DNA of 63,746 nucleotides, filler included, from Octopus bimaculoides (Eukaryota), in assembly GCF_001194135.2 (NCBI RefSeq). It is 6 parts of 5 records of this genome, joined end to end, with 100 filler letters (N's around TTAATTAATTAA, not from the genome) between each part and the next. Parts side by side here need not be neighbours in the genome. Positions count along the whole stretch, not along the records: positions 18,726 to 42,551 come from NC_068984.1; 5 more parts are not named here. One strand, 5' to 3'. The position numbers and the translations under genes were made by a program. Below are positions 26,997-39,749 of this stretch, piece by piece; positions within the stretch are counted from its first letter, which is position 1; each line of letters starts with the position of its first letter. The notes under the pieces were generated by a model, which searched no databases, was not told where the DNA came from, and was given only the letters and a program-made list of their open reading frames with translations.

Positions 26997-27506
26997 TCAA
27001 CAAAATATGCTTCAACACACGAATTCACATAAAGAATCTTGCAAACCAAATAGAAAAGTGAAATATTTTTTTAGTTTGCAGCTTTAGACTTCTTAATTCT
27101 CTCTCTCTACATACACACACGTGCATGCATGCACGTGCGCACACACACACACACACCCTGGCTTTTGCACAGTTTGTGTAGCAAATTGCATTATTCCATT
27201 CACAAGACCATAGCCAGTCTGAGACTGGTAAAGAATCATTTGACAGAAGCAATTTTGCAGTGAGATGGAATTTGGAAACACGTGGTTGTACAATGATCTA
27301 ATTAATTACATGACTATCATTATCTTCATCATAATATCCATTTTTCTATGTTTGGATGGGTCAGACAGATTTTATATGGCCGGATGCCCCTGCTTGTTGT
27401 CAACCCTTGTCTGTTTCCAAGTAAGCTGTTATTCCTTTGATGCCAAACCTGTTTTTGCAGAATATTGGAAATAAATGGTCGTCATTTACAAGTAGTGTCC
27501 AGACAA

Positions 27507-27545
<39 letters not shown>

Positions 27546-28250
27546 TGAGCTTCTTTCAGTTGCCTGGAAGTAATTATCATCATCATCGTTTAATGTCCGT
27601 TTTTCATGCTGGCATGGGTTGGACGGTTTCACAGGTTTGGGGAGCCAGTGGCTGCACCAGGCTCCATTTTTTGATCTGGCAATGTTCCTACAGCTGGATG
27701 CCCTTCCTAATGGCAATCACTCTGAGTGTAGTGGGTACTTTTTACATGCCACCAGCACTGGAGCTAATTGGGGTACTGGCATCGATCTTGTTCGGATGGT
27801 GCTTTTTATGTGCCACTGGCACGGGAGCCAGTCACAAGGGTCACTGGTCACAGCTACGATATTGGTTTTACTCGACTCAACATGTCTTCTCAAGCATATC
27901 ATATCTTAACTGGGCTGGACATGCATGGCTGCAATCTCACTTTAGTTGCTGGGTCTTCTCAATCAGAGCATGTCCCCAAAGGTCTTGGTCTCCTGTCATT
28001 GCCTCTGTGAAGGAAACAATTATCGAAGATGTCATGCATTGGAACTGAACCTGAAACCATGTGATTGGGAAGCAGACTTATTAACCACACCTGTTCCTGT
28101 AATTTTCTATGTAATTTTTTATTGTAATGAAAAAATTTAGTTTATCATTATGTCTATAGTTTTTAATATTTCTGAATAATCTTCAATTTTCATTCTATGT
28201 AAAATATTATTAGATGCATTGGGTATATTCTGAAATTTTTCTATTTGTAG

Positions 28251-28442
28251 TTATCGCGTCTACTGTTTGATTGGAGATGGTGAGAGTGCAGAAGGTTCTA
28301 TTTGGGAAGCCATGGCATTTGCTAGCTACTACAAGCTGGATAACTTAGTTGCCATTCTGGATGTCAACCGATTGGGCCAGAGTGATCCTACACCATTGCA
28401 GCATGATGTAGAAGTGTATAAAAAACGATGTGAAGCATTTGG
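28251..28442 (+). CDS. TKT: Transketolase coding exon (ThDP-binding GDG...N motif)
   Basis: AG/GT flanks; 192 nt; [63 protein letters not shown]. Confidence 0.98.
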
Positions 28443-28532
28443 GTATGTATAAAACATAACTGTTCTTTTACCGAAAATGAATTCTTCTCAATATTCTTCG
28501 TTACCAACATAATACATATTAATATTTTTCAG

Positions 28533-28660
28533 CTGGAATACTTGTATCACTGATGGCCATGATGTTGATTCCCTGTGCAAGGTTTTCCACCAGGCTTCAT
28601 TAGTTGAGGGTAAACCGACCTGCATAGTTGCTAAGACGTTAAAGGGCAAATACATTCCTG
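28533..28660 (+). CDS. TKT: Transketolase coding exon
   Basis: After a 90-nt intron; 128 nt; WNTCITDGHDVDSLCKVFHQASLVEGKPTCIVAKTLKGKYIP; GTAAGT donor. Confidence 0.96.
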
Positions 28661-28707
28661 GTAAGTTGTACTTCATAACAGATTCAATGATATTACTAAT
28701 GACATTT

Positions 28708-29345
28708 AAGGTGGCGACCTGGCAGAATCGTTGGCACGCTGAACAAAAGGCTAAGATCTGAGTTCAAATTCCTGCAAGGTCGACTTTGCCTTTCATCCTT
28801 TTGGAGTCGATGAATTAAGTTCCAGTGAATCCTGGGGTCGATGTAATTGATTAGACCCCTCCCCTCAAATTTCAGGCCTTGTACCTGTAGTAGAAAGGAT
28901 TTACAAATTGTAAGGTGGCGAGCTGGCAGAAACGTTAGCACGCCGGGCGGAATGCTTACTGGTATTTCGTCTGCCACTACGATCTGAGTTCAAATTCTGC
29001 TGAGGTTGACTTTGCCTTTCATCCTTTCGGGGTCAATAAATTAAGTACAAGTTATGCACTGGGGTCGATGTAATCAACTTAACCCATTTGTCTGTCCTTG
29101 TTTGTCCTCTCTTTGTGTAGCCCCTTGTGGGCAATAAAGAAATAAGAATCGTTAGCATGCTGGACGAAACGCTTAGTGGTATTTCTCCCATTGCTACGTT
29201 CTGGGTTTAAATTCCAGCGAGGTTGACTTTTCCTTTCATCCTTTTAGGGTCAATAAATTAAGTTTCAGTGAATCACTGGGGTCGATGTAATCGACTAGTC
29301 CCCTCTCCTCAAATTTTAGGCCTTGTGCCTATAATAGAAAGGATA
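28708..29345 (+). mobile_element. Three tandem copies of SINE family 3
   Basis: AAGGTGGCGAGCTGGCAGAAACGTTAGCACGCC...GAGTTCAAATTC...GACTTTGCCTTTCATCC repeated; further copies at about 26050, 33745, 46100-46450, 55215, 60170-60440 and 60790. Confidence 0.8.
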
Positions 29346-29609
29346 TTATTAATAACATTGTGGAGGGGTTTTACAAACATTGGATGGTATGTAGAGGCTT
29401 GTCCAGCCCTTACCAGTATGGAACAAAAGTCTATGTACTTCAAGCTAATCTTATACAATAATCTCCTATACCAGAGTACAATGAATTCCAAGTAGCGTAA
29501 TGGGGACAAATGACAAGTTATTTATACATTGCTACTAATCTGTGAGCCTAATCTTTCCATTTTAATTAATAAGGGTAGCTTTATTTTAATTTACTGTTTT
29601 CCTAATTAG

Positions 29610-29806
29610 GTGTTGAAGATCTGGAGAACTGGCACGGTAAACCATTGACTAAGAATAGTGAGGGTGCTTTAACACATTTGAAGAATTTGCTGAACAATCC
29701 TGGGCCTCATCAGCTGACCATAAAGTCTCCGGAGAAAACTATTCCTGAGACTGACTTGTCCCAGGTCAAACTGTCTGAACTTCCAGCATATGAATTAGGC
29801 CAACAA
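29610..29806 (+). CDS. TKT: Transketolase coding exon
   Basis: 197 nt; VEDLENWHGKPLTKNSEGALTHLKNLLNNPGPHQLTIKSPEKTIPETDLSQVKLSELPAYELGQQ (WHGKPL motif); AG/GT flanks. Confidence 0.96.
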
Positions 29807-30948
29807 GTAAGACCATTGAATTTTCGTTTTTCATAATTGATATCAATTTTTTTTATTCATTTAGAAACCCTGTACTTCAAGTTTGTGCTTAATGGAAACG
29901 TCCACTCCTTAATTCTTGCAAACCCCATCCACTTCTGTCTCCTCTCCTTCTACATGTCCCTTAAACTTGAGGTGCCACCTGCTGGCTTCATCATCATTCA
30001 TTTCTTTGCAGCTACTATTTACTCATTTGTCAACCCTTTCCCCTAAATGTGAGTAACCTATGTAGCTTCCCTACAAGAACCTGCTCTACCTCACACCCAC
30101 TTCTCTTGTACCTTAACCCTCAAAGCCCCTCTCCTCGGGTTTCATAGATTTACAAGCTGCACAGCAACCTTATTAGTGCAGGTGGCATGATACTCTTTTA
30201 TTTGTTTCAGTCATTTGACTGCGGCCATGCTGGAGCACCGCCTTTTATTTGAGCAAATCTACCCAGGATTTATTCTTTGTAAGCCTAGTACTTATTTTTC
30301 AGAGGTACCTTAAGCTAAGGTTTAGGTTTTTCAGAGGTACAGCCCCCTAAAAATCCCCTGCGTATTATACTCAAGGGCAGACTATACTCGAGGATTTACG
30401 GTATTTCAAAGAGACCAGCCTTATCACATTCTGTATCACGCTGAATCTCCTTGAGAACTACGTTATGGGTACACGTACCTGTGGAGTGCTCAGCTACTTG
30501 CACGTTAATTTCACGAGCAGGTTGTTCCGTTGATTGGATCAACCTTATCATTGCAACCAGTAAAGCACCAGTTTTCAATTACCCATTCATATATCAATTA
30601 ACCATTCATATTCCTGTGCATGTGGTATGTAAAAAACACCATTTTGAGCGTGGCCGTTGCCAGTACTGTCTGACTGGCCTTCGTGCCGGTGGCACGTAAA
30701 AGCATTCAGTACACTCTCGGAGTGGTTTGCGTTAGGAAGGGCATCCAGCTGTAGAAACTCTGCCAAATCAGATTGGAGCCTGGTGTAGCCATCTGGTTCG
30801 CCAGTCCTCAGTCAAATCGTCCAACCCATGCCAGCATGGAAAGCGGACATTAAACGATGATGATGATGATGATAATGCCAAGTTGATAATGTTGAAATAC
30901 TTCATTCATTTTCTTGACCTCTTTTCTTTGCTTTCTCTTTTCTTCTAG

Positions 30949-31062
30949 GTTGCCACCCGAGCAGCTTATGGTACGGCACTGGTGAAGATAGGCAAAAGCT
31001 GCAAATATGTGGTGGCCATGGATGGAGACACAAAGAACTCAACTTTCTCCCAGACTTTCATG
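30949..31062 (+). CDS. TKT: Transketolase coding exon
   Basis: 114 nt; VATRAAYGTALVKIGKSCKYVVAMDGDTKNSTFSQTFM (ATR.AYG and DGDTKNSTFS motifs); AG/GT flanks. Confidence 0.97.
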
Positions 31063-33330
31063 GTAAATATCCAAACAAAAATAAAACATGTTCTTTTATT
31101 CTTTCATTTGTTTCAGTCATTTGACTATGGCCATACTGGAGCACCACCTTTAGTCGATCCCAGGACTTAATCTCTGTAAGCCTAGTACTTATTCTATTGG
31201 TCACTTTTGCTGAACCGCTAGATTACGGTTATGTAAGCAAACGAATATTGGTTGTCAAGCGATGTTGTGAGAACACAGACACACACACACATATACATTG
31301 ACTGCGGCTATGCTTGAGCACCACCTTTATAGTCGAGCAAATCGACCGCAGAATGTATTCTTTCTAAGCCCAGTACTTATTCCATCAGTCTTTTTTGCCA
31401 AACCGCTAAGTTATGGGGACACAAACACACCAGCATCGGTTGTCGGACACACAAACACACACACACATGAGATGGGCTTCTTTCAGTTTCCGTCTACCAA
31501 ATCCACTCACAAGGCTTTGGTCGGCCCTAGGCTATAGCAGAAGACACGTGCTCAAGGTGCCACACAGTGGGACTGAACCTGGGATCATGTAGTTGGGAAG
31601 CAAGTTACTTACCACACAGCCACTCCTGCGCCTGGCTACTTATGTATTTACATATTTTCAAGGATTTCAAGTCCAAGGTACCTTGACCCTTTATTGTAAA
31701 GTAGCAGTCGAGTAACTGCTTCAAAATATATTTAGGGGTGATGCATGAATTGTATCTATCCTGTTATTTGTACAATGTTTTATTGGGTTTTCAGGTTTAA
31801 CCTTTTAAGGTTCAGATTACTTAGTTAAGTGAAGGGTGCATGGCTCAACGGAAGTGTCATTCTCACAATCATGAGGTTGTGAGTTCGATTCCTGGACCAG
31901 GCTGTATGTTGTGTTCTTGAGCAAGACACTTTATTTTCACGTTGCTCCAGTTGACTCAGCTATTGAAATACGTTGTGATTCACTTGTACCAAAGCTGTAT
32001 CAGCCCCTTTGCCTTTCCCTTGGATAACATTGACGGCATGGAGACGGGAGGCTGGTATACATGGGCAACTGTTAGTCTTCTATAAACAACCTTGCCTGGA
32101 CTTGTGCCTCGGAGGGGAACTTTCTAGATGCAGTCCCATGGACATTTATGACCAAAGGGTCTCTTTACCCTTAGTTTGTCAAATGCAATACTTATTTATT
32201 CACATTGTTTTGAATGAATCAAGAATTATCTTGAAACTTCGAAATTTTGATGATGTGATTCTTTATTTCTAAAATGACATTGTAGGGTCTGTGTGAGAGG
32301 TTGGATCTAGCCCAGTTGGAACATAAAATGGGTAGAATATTTGGGCTGAATTTCACTGGGTTAAATGCTAAAGGGTTTAGGTGGGTTCAAAATGTATTTA
32401 CAGGTGTGTTTGACTCGGTTATGGTGAGTGGGCCTCAGCACTCTTAAAATCAGAGAACGTTGCTAGCATGTTCAGAGCAAAGGTGATATGGATCTCCTAT
32501 ATGGTACACCCAATGCTCTTCTCAGGCTTGTATCACTGACCAAAGTTGTTGTTAGTCGAAAGTTACATCCCAGGAACTGTCTGATATGGTTCCTGTTCAG
32601 GGGCTTGTCCTGTGAGAAAGTAAGGGTTGAAATTTTTTCATAGGCTGGTCATGTGTCTTGGCTTTGAAAGTAGTTTTCAAAATATAAGGGTTTTTACCGT
32701 GTGTGCTTAGGAAACCTGTTTCTCAGCCATGTAGTTTTGGGTTCAGTCCCACTGTATGGCACCTTAGGCAAATGTCTTCTACTGAAGCCCTGGGCTGACC
32801 AAAGCCATGTGAGTGGATTTGGTGGACAAAACCTGAAGAAAAGCCTTTTGTGTGTGTGTGTGAGTGTACCCTTGTGTTGACATCTCATGATGGCTATAAA
32901 TGAGCATCGCTGTCATACGAGCAAACTTGTTCGTTTCCAGTCTTCTGTAGAAGAATATCTCTGGCTACGGGAAATATTATTTTGATTGTAAATAGATTGT
33001 CGTTGGAATTGTACTCTTTTAGTCATTATCCAACATTCCTGACCCATAGGTGAGGAAAAGCATGAAAATTAAATTGAAGATAATAAGTTTGGGTTTTTTT
33101 TTTTTTTTTTTTTTACCAACATCTCCTCCTCTCCTGACGATCAAATTCTGGGTCTAATGCATTACTGTTCCAGCACCTGCAATTCTAGCACCCAATCCAG
33201 CTTCCTGGTTCCCATCACCCAAAGAATACAGTCTCAAGATACTTAAACTTTTTCGTTTGCTGCCCTTTGTTCCTCCTTGTCCTGGTTTTTGTAGCAATTA
33301 ATTTAATGTCTTTTTCTTTGTTATTTGCAG

Positions 33331-33538
33331 AAAGCCTTCCCAGATAGATTTATTGAGTGCTACATTGCTGAACAGAATCTTGTGGGTGTCGGCATTGGAT
33401 GTGCCTGTCGCAATCGTGCTATTCCTTTCATTAGCACATTCGCTTGCTTCCTTTCAAGAGCTTTTGACCAAATCCGGATGGGAGCAATCTCTCAGACTAA
33501 TGCTAATTTCTGTGGTTCCCATGCTGGCATATCTATTG
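33331..33538 (+). CDS. TKT: Transketolase coding exon (pyrimidine-binding domain)
   Basis: 208 nt; [69 protein letters not shown]; AG/GTAAGT flanks. Confidence 0.98.
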
Positions 33539-34641
33539 GTAAGTCCCTATTTTTGTCCATGTTTATTTGACTGACTAGATTCCTTTATCTGACTGATTTC
33601 ATTTTATTACTGTATCAGTGACTGTATCGATAGGGATATCATAACAGTATTGATTGGGGCTCTTTCTTCCACTTTGAGGCACTTTGGGCAAGTGTTTTCT
33701 TCCATACTCATATGGGTGGAATTGGTAAATAGAAACTGGAAGAAGCGGCGAGCTGGCAGAAACGTTAGCATGCCGGGTTGACTTTGCCTTTCATCCTTTC
33801 GGGGTCGATTAAATAAATACCAATTACGCACTGGGGTCGATATAATCGACTTAATCCGTTTGTCTGTCCTTGTTTGTCCCCTCTATGTTTAGCCCCTTGT
33901 GGGCAATAAAGAAATAAGAAACTGGAAGAAGCCCATATGAGTTGAATTAATAAATGGAAACTGAAAGAAGCCCATAATATGTGTGTAAGACTTCGTATCC
34001 TTATCTGGATATCACTTAATGGTTGTAAATGAGCATCGCTATCATACTAGCAGTGTTGTTCATTTTCAGTCTTCCTAGAAAAGCATGTTTGGCCATAAGG
34101 AAATATGTATGTCCAAAATAGGATAATTTGGACAATGTACGGAGCAATAAAGAAGATAGTTGTCTTTGAGATGTTGATCTTTTGCAGATTGGGCAGAATA
34201 AACTGGAATGGTAGGGAGATACATTGATGTTATTAATTCATTATTTATCGATGTTTGTAGTGATTTGGACTTTTATAAATTTGAATATTTTATTGAATAC
34301 TCCAGTTTTTGTTGGATTTGTCATCATCATTTAATGGCCATTTTCCATGCTGGTATGAGTTGGACGGTTTGACAAAAGCTGGTAAACTGAAGAGTTTCAC
34401 TAGGCTCCAGTTGTCTGCCTTGGCATGTCTTCTATGGTAGGATGCCTTTTCTATTGCCAACCATTATGCAGAGTGTAGTGGGTGCTTTTTACATGGTATC
34501 AGCAAGGGTGCCTTTTACGTAGCGCCAATATTCATTTGAAAACTGATGGGGACAGATGTTGTAAACTAATCAACTAAGATTTAGTTCACAAGATTTAATA
34601 TAAATGCTTTAATTTCGTTTCCTTTTCACTCTTCTGAACAG

Positions 34642-34856
34642 GTGAAGATGGTCCATCACAGATGGCACTTGAAGATATTGCAATGTTTCGTAGTATTCCT
34701 GGTTCCACCGTCTTTTATCCCAGTGATGCTGTCTCTTGTGAACGTGCCATAGAATTGGCAGCAAGAACAAAAGGAATTTGCTTTATTAGAACCAGCCGAC
34801 CAAGTGTTCCTGTCATCTATAAAAACGATGAACAGTTTAATGTTGGACAAGCCAAG
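34642..34856 (+). CDS. TKT: Transketolase coding exon (last visible)
   Basis: 215 nt; [71 protein letters not shown]; GT donor 34857. All nine exons join in phase with no stop (1384 nt). Confidence 0.98.
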
Positions 34857-35439
34857 GTCAGTGCCATTTAAAATCTCAATTGAGGCCCTCTCCACTTCCA
34901 AATTATTAATATGTCATATCTCTCAAGGGACATTAAGCCATTAATAAACATGTTTTATTTGACTTGTATTATTTATTAATTGGTTAACCATTTAACCAAT
35001 CAACTAATTGATTTCTTAATTGTTTGGTGACTCAGTCATTCAGTTAGGTTTGTCATTGTTCTTCCATTGCCATTTGTGACCTCATTAATGACATACCCCT
35101 CTCTATTCCGGGCCTGCTTCAAGGCTGCTTTTGTTCTTAGTATAATCACACCTTCCCCCAGATAAAACAATGAACTTTATTGTATACAGTGCTCAAATGC
35201 GCTACAGCTTATGAGAAAAGGTAACCAAAAGTGCATGTACGGTACATAGAAAATGAACAGTGAATGAGTCATTAAAAAAGGTGAAAGGTGGGCATCAGGT
35301 GCAGTGTAGGTAAATTTCATGAAAAACGGTAGTTTTGAAGAACATAGTACTCTGACTGCTAACAATTAATGTTGGTAGTTTATTCCGTGTTTCAGCAATT
35401 TTAAGCATGAGAATATGTTTCTGAAAGTCTGGAACCCAT

Positions 35440-35945
35440 GCCAACCTTCCCTCATTGGACACTAAACAGCTTGCAAAGACCTGTTGGGGCAAGTGAGATC
35501 GAAACTGAACGAAATTTGATGACTGGCACCCGTGTTAGTGGAGCGCTAACAGCACCATCCGAGCGGGATCACTGCCAGAGCAGTGGTCTCGTTCCCGTGC
35601 TGGTGGCACGTAAAAAGCACCATTTGAGCATGATTGTTACCAGCTTCACCTTACTGGCACAGTGGCATGTGAACAAAACATTGGACTGACTCCTGTGCAG
35701 GTGGCACATAAAAAACACGATTTGAGCGTGGCCGTTGCCAGTACTGCCGGACTGGCCCTTGTGCCGGTGGCACGTAAAAAGCACCCACTACACACTCGGA
35801 GTGGTTGGCATTAGGAAGGGCATCCAGCTGTAGAAACTCTGCCAGATCAGATTGGAGTCTGGTGTAACCATCCGCTTTGCCAGTCCCCAGTCAAATCGTC
35901 TAACCCATGCTAGCATGGAAAGTGGACGTTAAATGATGATGATGG
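35440..35945 (-). mobile_element. Interspersed repeat family 4 (CATCATCGTTTAACGTCC...CTACAGCTGGATGCCCTTCC tail)
   Basis: Same tail at about 560-700, 20850-21030, 25490-25800, 27580-27850, 30630-30870 and 34320-34520. Confidence 0.75.
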
Positions 35946-36201
35946 GTTCTGTGTTTATGCATGTGCGTTAAATGATGCAAAGCAAGCAATTTCGAAAGAA
36001 AGGTGTTTATTGAATTGACCAAGAGAGAGGATACATTTTCGTCCAGAGATGTAGATTCAGATGAAAACCGTCTGAACTCTTAATCTATCAGGACAAATAT
36101 AAACCTGTTTTAATTAGGGTGGCTCTCTGAAGTCAGTGAAGCTACTAAAAGGCAAAACAGAACATATCATTGAGCATTGCCTGAAATTTTTTTTATGTTT
36201 G

Positions 36202-36247
<46 letters not shown>

Positions 36248-37590
36248 TGTAAAAAATCAATATCCAGCAGAAGCAACAGAATGACTCAAGGGCTGAGATC
36301 TTTCATAAGTGCTAATGCAGTACCACCAGATTTCAGGAGCAGAGGCCATTATAGTAGTGGTAGAAATGCCAGGAAACAGCACACTTGTGAACTAGGGGCC
36401 TGGAGGACGTCTGAGGGACTTCATGGCAAACACTCTGGTGGACCTTTTCTGGATGCATTCTTTGATGTCTGTGTGTATGTAGCAAACCAGATGTGAGTAC
36501 AATACTATTATGGGACTCAGCTGAGTTTTATGCTGTATCAATAATTCTTGGAGGCTACAGTTTTTCCTGATTTTGAAGTGAAGAGCCAGTCATTGAAATG
36601 CGGTTCTAGCTATGTTAAGATAGAATTTTGTTATCATCAACTCTCGGCTCTTAAGTGTCACTCAGTTGCTTTTGCTAAATATTAAATTTCTCTCTCTCTC
36701 TCTCTGGCACCTGTGCCAGTGGAGCGCTGAGAGCACCATCCAAGCGTGATCATTGCCAGAACAGCTGTCTGGCTTCCATGCCAGTGGCACGTNNNNNNNN
36801 NNGTGGTAGAAATGCCAGGAAACAGCACACTTGTGAACTAGGGGCCTGGAGGACGTCTGAGGGACTTCATGGCAAACACTCTGGTGGACCTTTTCTGGAT
36901 GCATTCTTTGATGTCTGTGTGTATGTAGCAAACCAGATGTGAGTACAATACTATTATGGGACTCAGCTGAGTTTTATGCTGTATCAATAATTCTTGGAGG
37001 CTACAGTTTTTCCTGATTTTGAAGTGAAGAGCCAGTCATTGAAATGCGGTTCTAGCTATGTTAAGATAGNNNNNNNNNNNNNNNNNNNNNNNNNNNNNNN
37101 NNNNNNNNNNNNNNNNNNNNNNNNNNNNNNNNNNNNNNNNNNNNNNNNNNNNNNNNNNNNNNNNNNNNNATAATTGGTCAACCAGAGCCTATACTAGAAG
37201 CCATATCACCAAGTAACCTCACAGTGAAATATAACCCGGAACCATGGAGATTTCGAACCAAACTTCTGAAGCATACAACTACGTCCGCGTCTATGATGTT
37301 TGCCTTTCCCGTTCTTTGTTAATTCTTATAATATGTTGTATAAAAGGACTGATTGCTAGCGCCATCATTTGAACTGAGACATCAAAAGCAGCAACGAGTT
37401 ACATTAAAACATAAACGTTTAACATGTCTCCCTGGTGTTTCAAACCCAAATGCCACCAGCGAATGTAAATAAAAGCAGGGCATTTGCGGCAGTCTTTGCT
37501 TTCTTGTTTTAACAGGAGAACGTAACAGTTTTTAAAAGTGCAAACAGCTCGGGTTTTGTGCGATTCTGGATGCGCTGTTTCAAGAATGTA

Positions 37591-37680
<90 letters not shown>

Positions 37681-37715
37681 ATGTATGTATATGTGTACGT
37701 ATGTAATACGTTTGA

Positions 37716-37748
<33 letters not shown>

Positions 37749-38246
37749 TGTATGTATGTATGTATGTAGCTATCTCTCCTTATCTCCCACTATCTCTCTC
37801 TAGAAATACACGTATGTATCTATGTATGTATGTACGTATGCATATATGCATTTATGTGCATGTATGCGTGTATGTATGTATGTATCTATCTATAGATCTA
37901 TATCTATCTATCTATCTATGTATCTATCTATCTATCTATTTTTATGTCTGCTTTAAGAAGATAACGAAAATGAAAGAGAGGGAGAGATAGAGATAGAGAT
38001 AAATAGATAGATAGAGAGAGAGAAAGAGAGAAAGAGGAAAGCAGAATAGCTAGTATAGAGCAAAAGAATAAAGTATAGCTTGGAAACATATCTAATATAA
38101 TCTTGTCTAATTGGCCTACAGTAATATCAGAATATAAATTGGTCGATATAAAATTCAATGAGAGTTTATTTCTCTTGAAAAATCTCAAGAAGAAAACGTA
38201 TACGATAGAGAAATGCGCACATACCTCCAGTTATATACATACATAC

Positions 38247-38357
<111 letters not shown>

Positions 38358-38840
38358 GAGGGAGAAGTGTATAGCATGTATATATGTATGTACTTACAGA
38401 CATGTTTACATATAGACATAAACATACACAAACATACTGAAATGTATACACGCGATATAATATGGATATACATACCCCATGCATACAAATACATACACAT
38501 ACGAACACACATTACGAACATACATACCTACATATATACATACATACACATACATATATACTTATATATATATATATATACATACATACATACATATATA
38601 NNNNNNNNNNNNNNNNNNNNNNNNNNNNNNNNNNNNNNNNNNNNNNNNNNNNNNNNNNNNNNNNNNNNNNNNNNNNNNNNNNNNNNNNNNNNNNNNNNNN
38701 NNNNNNNNNNNNNNNNNNNNNNNNNNNNNNNNNNNNNNNNNNNNNNNNNNNNNNNNNNNNNNNNNNNNNNNNNNNNNNNNNNNNNNNNNNNNNNNNNNNN
38801 NNNNNNNNNNNNNNNNNNNNNNNNNNNNNNNNNNNNNNNN

Positions 38841-38886
<46 letters not shown>

Positions 38887-39313
38887 TGTATTTGAATTGC
38901 GCTGTATTAAATCAAAAGTTGCACATCAAAATTTGAAGAGGAGAAGCATAGATATATGTCAGAAAAATCCAATCTTGTCGTATTGATTGGAACGATCGAT
39001 AGGTGGGTGGATATTGCAATTGATGGAAAGAACGGAAACTATCTTTTATTTTTACATGCTTCAGTCATTTCACTGCGGCCATGCTGGAGTAACAGCCATG
39101 AAGAATTTTTTGTCCAATGAAAAAAAAGGATAAAAAAGTGAAGTTCCTTCTCGAGTCATTTAGACTCACAAGGTCATATAGACTCACAAGGTCATATAGA
39201 CTCACTTCCCGGGTTCCATGGTGTATACATTCTCCACCTGGACAGGACGCCAGTCTTTTGCAGGGTTACTCATTTTTGCCAGCTGAGTGAACTGGAGCAA
39301 CATGAAATGAAGT

Positions 39314-39749
39314 AATAATACATTTCTAAATCTCTCAGAGTGATTTATGCAGTAGTGATACGATGAAGTAGTTGTATGCTGTCAACTTAATGTGACAGTC
39401 CTCTGATGGGAATAATACTACGTTTGGTTAGACCTAGGAAGCTGCACCGCTTCCTGTCGGCCGTGACACATTTTCTGAGTCCTTATGTTTATAAGGGGGA
39501 GACAAGTACCTCCACCCAGCTAAGCCTGCATTCAGAGACATGTTTTTGATGATGAGCAACGACTCAGAAACATGTCTCTGGATGCAGGCTTAGCTGGGTG
39601 GAGGTGCTTGTCTCCCCCTTATGTAAACATAAGGACACAGGAAATGTGTCAAGGTCGACAGGAAGCGGTGCAGCTTCCTAGGTCTAACCAACAGTAGTAT
39701 TATTCCTTTCAGGGGACTGTCACATTAAGTTGACAGCATACAACTACTT
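39314..39749. mobile_element. Insertion with 13-bp TSD containing a 390-bp inverted repeat (possible Penelope-like remnant), nested in a SINE
   Basis: CATGAAATGAAGT at 39301-13 and 39750-62; arms about 39363-39549 and 39564-39752 differ by about 12 substitutions and one 2-bp indel (hand alignment); host SINE resumes on both sides. Confidence 0.85.

Noticed and set aside
36356-37049. About 255-bp direct duplication (36356-36610 and 36793-37049)
   Set aside because: Copies look identical and abut N gaps; typical haplotype or contig-overlap artefact.
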